Position numbers and translations under genes: made by a program. This document shows, piece by piece, positions 25,301 through 34,300 of a stretch of DNA of 64,000 nucleotides (positions are counted from its first letter, which is position 1; every line of letters begins with the position of its first letter). The stretch covers positions 9,198,152 through 9,262,151 of the forward strand of contig NC_090417.1 in NCBI RefSeq assembly GCF_036365525.1, given 5' to 3'. The notes under the pieces are model-generated. The model ran no database searches. It saw only the letters and a list, made by a program, of their open reading frames with translations, and had not been told where the DNA came from. This DNA comes from Heterodontus francisci (lineage: Eukaryota).

Positions 25301-28300
25301 CTTCCTCAGCACTGCATAAGCAAGTCAGCTGAGATAATATGCTCAAATCCTGATGTGAGCTCAAAGCATACTCTTCTGACCCACAGAGAGTCTTAGCAAC
25401 TGATCCAAGCTGATGCAGACTTATTCCCACCAAGTGCCTTGCTTAGCATGCAAACATGACAAAACTGTGCTGCACCAGCATAGTGCATGTGATATCAACT
25501 TGTTGATTCTGTAATGCAACACAGTGCCACCAAATCCTCTTTACACAATACTCTGTCACAAAGTGCCCCTACCATTGGTCAGGTTAAGTGGGAGAGCAAT
25601 GTTCTCTGTATCAGTATTTGTTAATAAATTCTTCCCAGCAGTAACCACGGTCAGCAACTGAAGTCCCAGGCAGGTTCCCCATATTGGAAAATAATCACCA
25701 GCATCGAATGCCTGCAGTAATAATATACAAAGAGCATGAAACAAGGGAGAATAAAAATAATTATCCTTGCATCATGCATGCCTTTATTAACTCCAGACTT
25801 GACTATTCTAACCCACTGCTGGCCGGCCTTCCGCATTCAACCCTCTGTAAACTGGAGGTCATCAGAAGGTCTGCTGCCCTTGTCTTAACTCGCAGCAAAT
25901 CCCGTTCACCCATCAGTCCTGTGCTCGCTGACCTACTCTGGCTCGCAGTTAAACAAAGCTTGACATTAAAATTCTTATCCTGGTGTTCAAATCCCTCCAT
26001 GGCCTTGCCCCTCCCTATCTCTGTAATCTTCACCAGCCCTACAAACCTCTGAGATGCATGCACTGCTCCAATTCTGGCCTCTTGAGCATCTGATTTTAAC
26101 TGCCCCACCATTGGTGGCCAAGCCTTCATTCAGCCCCCAAGGCCCCAAGCTCCAGCTCTGGAATTTCTTCCCTAAACCTCTCCACTCTCTACCTCACTTT
26201 CCTCCTTTAACACATTCCTTAAAACCTATTTCTGCCCTAATATCTTATGTGGCTCTGCGTAATGACAGCAGAGAGCTGCAAGCAATAATCCTCATTCCAT
26301 TGGAGAGAATTACCAAACCAAAATAAAGTGACTTGCAGCATCTTGCCACACCAAACCATACCAATTCCCATGACAGGCACACAATGTCTTCATGACAGAC
26401 AATTTCACTAACATCCAGGGAAAGTGTTTCGGGCTAGAGGGGAAAAATATGATAGAACAAAAAGTGCAGAACAATTGGAGTGTCAAACAAATCTTATTTC
26501 ATTTGGGGAAGGCTTAAATTCAGGACAATGACATGTTGTTCAGATCTACCTTTAATGCAAGCTCATAAAATTTCATGGCAGCTTTAGCAAAAGCAGATGT
26601 CTTCAAATTAGTTGATCCACCAGGGAACAGAATGCTGTGAACAGGAAAGGCAGATGGGTGATGGAATAGTTTGTGTAGCATAATGTACATTTTCTTTTTT
26701 CCTTCCTCCCTTTAGGTTTTAACTCCCTTACGGGGGGTACAATTCCATGGATATGTTCGAGGATGGGTGTCCTTACTGACAAGTCACTCCTCAAAGAAAC
26801 AGCATTCATAACATTAACTGTAGATATTCACAGAATTATTAATTTATTCAGGTGCCAGTGTGGCTCAATTGGCAGCACTCTTGCCTCAGGAGCCAGAAGA
26901 TTGTGGGTTCAAGTTCCACTCCAGAAACCTGAGCACATAATCTCGGCTGACACCCGAATGCACTGCCAAGGGAGTCCAGCATTGACAAGATATTGAACTG
27001 AGGCTCCGTCTCCCCGCTCAGACAAGCGTAAAAGATCCCACAGCACTATTTCAAAGGAAAGCAGGCAAGTTCTCCAAATATCCTGCCCAATACTTATCCC
27101 ACAGCTAACTAATCTAAAGCAGATTATCTGGTCATTATCTCATTGATGTCTGTCGGACCTTGCTGTGCACAAATTGGTTGCCCTTTTTCCTCAGACTATA
27201 CTTCAAAAGTATTTAATTGGCTGTCAAGCGCCTCAGAACATTCTTAGGTAGATAAAGACACTATATAAATGCAAGTCTTTCTTCTTTTTTAAGCATAAAG
27301 TAACAACTATCATTGACAATTATAAACCTACATTTGGGACAAAACCTTGAGTTTTAGCCGGGATATGCAAAGCATTTAACAGCTCTGATCTTGTTGTATT
27401 TGGTGGGCCAGACATTTGAGTTCCAAAGTATTTGTCCCAACGTTTACATCTTCTACCCCTTTTCATAATTGGTTCATGACAATTTGCATGTTTCATAGCA
27501 TTAACTAAAATAAAGTTATCATTCAACGTTAACGTGCTTTTCCTGACCTTGTAACCAATAGGTCATACTCACGTGATTGACTAAGTCGCTAACTTGTTCC
27601 AGGCCAATGGCCTTTCTCAGGCAGGTGCTTTCTAACAAAGGGAGCTTTTCTGCTTGTTCTGTTTCCGTACAATGACTTTAAATTTACGAAGTTCTTTTCC
27701 AATATCAATCTCCAGCTTCGAAAAGGATGATGTATCCTCCCACAGAACTTATCAACTAATTACTGACGTCTTTTAATTCGGCTTATTGTCCAAACTGACT
27801 GTTGCTCTTCACTGCATTCTATATTAATAAAATAAAGCAAGTCTGCCTAATGATTACACTATCATTCATCGATCAGAAGCTCACTTAACCAATAAAAGTT
27901 TAACGTTAAAATTAAGGATTAATTAAAGAGGGTGGTGGGGGTCTGGAGCTCACTGCCTGAAAGGGTAGTTGAGGCAGAGACCCTCAACTCATTCAAAAGG
28001 AGTCTGGATACACAACTCAAGTGCTGTCATCTGCAAAGCTACGGACCAAATGCTGGAAGGTAGGATTAGAATAAGTGGATCGTTTTTCAGCAGGCACAGA
28101 CATGATGGGCCAAGTGGCCTCTTTCTGTGCCTTAAACTTACTATGATTCTATGATTAACCCCTTCTTTATAGACTGTTATCACACTCTGGTACCTGACCC
28201 AAGTATTAATTATTCATGAAAGCAGAAGAAAGCAGTAAATTCTGGAAATACTCAGCAGGTCTGGCAGTATCTGTGGAGAGAAAAGAAGAGTTGACATTTG

Positions 28301-31300
28301 ATGTCTGTTACCTTCCATCAGAGATGAAACATTAAGTCGTTCATCAATTCTGATGAGAGGTCACAGACCTAAAACGTTAACTCTGCTTCTCTCGCCACAG
28401 AAGCTGCCAGACCTGCTGAGCATTTCTGGCCATAATTACAAGTCATAAACCCATCAAGAAATAGAGAAAAAATGTCTTTACTCACTACCACAGGCAATGA
28501 TTTAGGCAAATAGCTAAGACACTTTCAAAAAGAAACTAGATGAGTACATGAATGAAAAGGAACGAGAAGGAAAAGTTGTTTCTGCAAATAGAGGCCTGTG
28601 ACCAGTGGGTTACCACAGGGATCGGTGCTGGGACCCTTACTGTTTGTAGTGTACATTAATGATTTAGACATGAATATTGGAGGTATGATCAGGGAGTTCG
28701 CAGAGGACACGAAAATTGGTGGTGTCGTAATTAGTGAGGAGGAAAGCATTAGGTTACAGGATGACATTGATGGGCTGGTAAGATGGGCGGAGCTGTGGCA
28801 AATGGAGTTTAATCCTGAGAAGTGTGAGGTGATGTACTTTGGAAGGTCTAACAAGGCAATGGAATATCCGATTGATGGTAGGATGTATAGAGGGTCAGAG
28901 GGACCTTGGGGTGCTTGTCCATAGATCACTGAAGGCAGCAGCACAGGTAGCTAAGATGGTTAGGAAGGCATACGGGATACTTGCCTTTATTAGCCGAGAC
29001 ACGGAATATGAGAGCAGGGAGGTTATGATGGAGCTGTATAAAACGCTAGTTAGGCCACAGCTGGAGTACTGTGTACAGTTCTGGTCGCCACACTCGAGGA
29101 AGGATGTGATTGCACTGGAGAGGGTGCAGAGGAGATTCACCAGGATGTTGCCTGGGATGGCATTTCAGCTGGGAAGAAATACTGGATAGGCTGGGGTTGT
29201 TTTCTTGGAGCGGAGAAGGCTGAGGGGGTACCTGATTGAGGTATACAAAATTATGAGGGGCATTGATAGGATAGATAGGAAGATATAATGTTGGTATAGC
29301 TTTAAGGTAAGGGGCAGGAGGTTTAGAGGGGAGTTGAGGAAAAATTTTTTCACCCAGAGGGTGGTTGGAATCTGGAACACACTGCCTGAAGCGGTGGTAG
29401 AGGCAGGAACACTCACGACATTTCAGAAGTATTTGGATGAACACTTGAAATGCCAAAGCATACAAGGCTACAGGCCAAGTGCAGGGAAATGGGATTCGTT
29501 TGGAAGGGTGCTTGATGTTCGGCGCAGGCATGTTGGGCCGAAGGGCCTGTTTCTGTACTGTAAAACTCTATGACCTTATGACAAAGATATGAAAAGCTGG
29601 GATGAGGAAACCTGTGAAGAGCAGAAACACGAGCACACAATAGTTGAGCCAAATGGCCTGTTTCTGTGCTGTATATTGCATGTAATTTTAAGACTTGACA
29701 GCAACTATTAGTAGGGTATCTCCGTCTCTAGGAGATGGAACTTGTCCTCATTTGGTGACCAAAGGCCAAGTAAGCAATCAAGAGCAAGAACACTTGCTTA
29801 TTTTCCCTTTCGTGAACTGTGGACACTGTGGCCATTAAAAGCACCCTCATGCTTAGGGCTGAGGGCAAACTTCGCACAGAATTTCAACTTTATATATTCA
29901 GCGAGTGATTTTACACAAAGTGGGGAGGGGTCCGTTTCATGAGGTACATCTGTTCAATGGAGTGAACAGCACAGGAAATAGGCTCAGGATTTAAATGGAC
30001 TACAAGGCATTAGCAGGTTTATTGTACAAAAACATAGCAGGAATAGTTAATGTCAGATTGTGGACTGAGATTACAGAAAAGTCTTAGTCAAGGCAAAGTG
30101 GGCTTTGATGGTGGTACAGGCCGTAACTCATGCAGCTGCAATTAAATTGTCTGCAATTAAAATCCAGCAGCCACAGTCTGTCAGCCTCACCAATAAAAAG
30201 GTTACATTTCATCTACCCGAGAAATTTACTTACCCATTGATTGAATGGAAAATTCTTTCATATTCATCATTTGTCAGATTCAGCCTGAGTTCAAAATAAA
30301 ACAATATGCATTTATTACCATGTGTTTGGCTCCCTGCAGTAAGAATCTCCAAATATTTTACTCATTAGTAAATAGGTTTGTTCTGCTCTTTCCCTCATCT
30401 TCTGAGAGAACGAGCTCTTGTTGGCATATGGTATCACATGTATAAGGGGTACAGGGTGTTGGATCCCATCAGTTACGAAGAGAGATGAAGTCCGACCGTA
30501 ACTTTGAGAAACTTTATTGCAGTACGTGATTCTTACATTGCAAGGATACAAAAAGAACAAAAAGCAAAACAAAAGAACATGTGCTCACTACAGCAAGCCT
30601 TTCTGATAGTTATTCAAACAAAACTAGTAACGGCCCCCTCCCCTTGTTTCTGAGTGGTTTGCAGACTTCTGTTATCAGTGCATGATTGGCTCATTCGTCC
30701 CAGCATTTTATTTTTGCATTTTATTTCAGTAGTTTCACATTCCCCCCCTCCTTGAACTGTTCTGCTGATTATTAAACAATAGGCTACTATTAAGCTATCT
30801 GCAGCTGTCCTGTTAGCTTCTGCTTATTTTTTTTATAAATTGGCTGCATAGCTCCACAGTTAGTTTGTTAGTTGATTAGCTTACTTTTTATCTGTCCCCA
30901 CACAGGGGTACACATGGGGTAACTTTAGCACAGTGGTTGTAACTGGACTTGTAATCCAGAAGCCTGCACAAGTGACACAAGTTCAAAACCCACCATGGCT
31001 TTTGCGAAATTTAAATTTGATTAATTTAATAAATCTGGCATCACTATCAGTACCCAGTCTGGTGTACATATGACTACAGACCCAAAGTAATGTGGTTGAC
31101 TCTTAATCGCTCAGTTGTTTTCAAGAACGCAGCTCTCCAGCACCTGTGCAAGAGCAATTAAGGATGGGCTATTAAGTGAAAGGCAGCCTCCAGCAACTTG
31201 CCCAAGTGGCTGTTCAAGAAAGAAAAGAAAGATAATTGATTGCACATATATAGTGCTTTTCACAAACTCAGAGCCCCTTAAAATGCTTCACAACTAACGA

Positions 31301-34300
31301 AATACTTCTTAAAGTGCAGTCACTGCTGTAATGTAAGGAATGTTGACTGATTTCCCCCCTAATTAGTTGAAGGGAACTATGGTACTCTTGCTGCAGCTCA
31401 GTCTGGGAAAAGACATATATTTCAGCAAAATAATAATATATAATCTTCAGTTGTACCACATTAACATATTAAAAAATACGCTGACCATAGTATCCAAAGG
31501 AAAACTGAGATGGTCTTATGGGCGAGTCGGAGTCAACCCAAGGGGTCACTGAGTCATCCAATTGTATCCTGTTTGCTCAGTATAATGACAAGAGTCTGAA
31601 GGAATACCTGACTGGTACCACTCTGCAGCCAGCCGACTCCAGGTACTTCACATAGGGCGCAGCAACGTAAGACTTCCCAAATGGAAGAAGATCTGCATCC
31701 AAAGTTTCCTGGGCCAATATCCCTGTGAGACAAAATATAGATCACATTTAAGAGCGAATAAATTGTCGCATTGCAGTGGAGTGTAGGGCTGCACACTCTC
31801 CAAATTTCCCCCCTTTACCTAAAAGTTTTAATACTTCATGCTGCAGTTTAGTTTAGTTTTTTAGTTTAGAGATACGGCACTGAAACAGGCCCTTCGGCCC
31901 ACCGAGTCTGTGCCGAGCATCAACCACCCATTTCTACTAATCCTACCCTAATTCCATATTCCTACCACATCCCCACCTGTCCCTATATTTCCCTTCCACC
32001 TACCTATCCTCGGGGCAATTTATAATGGCCAATTAACCTATCACCCTGCAAGTCTTTGGCATGTGGGAGGAAACTGGAGCACCCGGAAGAAACCCACGCA
32101 GACACAGGGAGAACTTGTAAACTCCACACAGGCAGTTCCCAGAATTGAACCTGGGTCATTGGTGCTGTGAGGCTGCGGTGCTAACCACTGCGCCACTATA
32201 CAAAGTTGTTTAGGCAGCATCCTACCCGATGAATGAGAGCAAAAGAAATTCCTCACACTGCAAAAATCATTATTCAGAAGTTGGTCTTGGAGCGATTAAT
32301 GACATGGAACATTGACCTGAGGGAACATTTTGAAATTTTGCCAATGGCACCAAATTAGGGGATATGGCAAATTGTGAAAAACTACAGGGAGATATATAAA
32401 GGCTGGCAGGATAAGTGGCAGATCTAGTTCAGTGTCCAGAATTGTTAACAACTGTTTTTGAACTAAGAATAGTGTCAAGCAGGCCCCCACCTGCCAAGCA
32501 TGAGGCATATTATTTTTGCCACATGGACATTACATTTCAAACTGTTGTTGAACTGAAGAAAGGACATGCTTTTAAAAATTGCCATATCTTGGCTGGAAAG
32601 ACATTTGCATATTAACAGACAGTATTTGAAAGGACAAAGCAGCCATTCCATGACACATTCAACCCACAATGGACTTTTGATCACCAGACATTGAAGGTGG
32701 AGCAGCTCGCATTCCAGGCTGACTGCTAAGATGGCCGAATACACAAATGGTCAAACCAGATAGTCACATGATTACACTGCTGGGCAACCTGAGTTTTTTG
32801 AAACTGTACGAACAGTTTGAACTCAAAGTCCGTTTGCTCCTGAACTGAGAGGATCTCTCCTGTCTGCTCCCATCTTTTTCTCACAAGCCTCTGAATCCAC
32901 ATGAACCCCAAGAGAGAAAAGTCTCCTGCAGCGAACAAGGTTTAAGAAGAATACTGGGCCCCAACGGAAAGCAAGATCTACCTGCAATCAAGGACTCTAC
33001 AGCGAACTCCAAGAAACCTAACAAAAACTCTTCAGATTCTGCCTCAAACTTTTCCACTTGATTTTTCTACTGTTCTCTTCTGTCTCTATTCGCAGATGTG
33101 CATCACGTTATGCATGCCAGCGTGGGCGTGTTGAGTATCCGTAGGCGTGAACTGAATTAGAGATTATGTTTAATTTAAATAAATTCTGACTTTTCTTCTT
33201 TCAACCAAAGAAAGCCTGTTTGTGCTGGTTTCCTTGCCTTATAAGTGGAAAGCAGCGAACAAGGATTCACCAAGGGGGAGCTAAAAACAGTGTGTTTCAA
33301 ATTAAACCCTGTTACAGTAAGACCAGGTGAAAGCTGAAAGGGAACCCTCGACCGCTTTCTCATCTGGTCATAATAATAGGGAAAGGAAATACGTCTTAAA
33401 TCCTAAGATTATAAATGGAGTAGAGCAGCAGAGGGACCTCAGTGTGTCGACATACAAGTCATTAAAGGTGGCTGCACTTTTAAAGTATTAAGTATTTACG
33501 CATGCAGATCTCTTTTCTCCACATCCTTCTCAATCTTCCTGTTGAGTTGATGGTTTCAATCCTCATATCTCAATATAAAATATACATCAGTCCTGTATCT
33601 TCTGTTATGGCCAGACGAGGAGGGGGTCTTGGGCCCCTTTTTCTTATTTAACCGCAACAGGGTTTATTCCTTTTAAACAATGCTTATGCTTACCACTTCC
33701 ACGAGTGTTTTACCTTTACTGTGATCTCAAAATAACCAGCCACGTTTCCTTGAGTTTAAACAAGAAAGAGGTAAGTTGATTATACTTAACACTCTAACCC
33801 CATTTAAAAATACGCCACACATTCACACAAGAATCACACACACACACACAAATAAATTACAGAAAGGAAACAGATTTGGTGGTTGGATTAAATTCCAGAA
33901 TATATGGAACTTAAATACATTCTGTACAGTGGATGATCCAGTAGTCCTTGGGTGAAGCTGTATTCTTGAGTTCTTGGTTGGTCAAGTTGTATTTTGGCTG
34001 GCTTGCTGTGCTCAGGGTTTTCCTGCAGGCATAATTTGTAGTTCGTTCTCTTCCCCTGGTTGCTGGCTGTAGCCATCAGTGGGCTTGGAGGGTCCCAGTC
34101 GCAGACATTTTTTTCCCTTGTTTTCTGGGGGGGGTGGGCGGGAGACAGACAGAGAGACAGAGACACAGAGAGAGAGACAGAGGAGCAACAGACTTCTCTC
34201 CACTCAGTGACTGCCTGTGTAACAAAACCTGTTTCTTCAGAGATGAACAGGCGTTTATTTATTTTATTTAGAGATACAGCACTGAAACAGGCCCTTTGGC

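Noticed and set aside
27570-27635. Possible extra GGH exon (ttag...CAC|GTGAGT on the minus strand)
   Set aside because: No GGH similarity, and exons 3 and 4 already join in frame.
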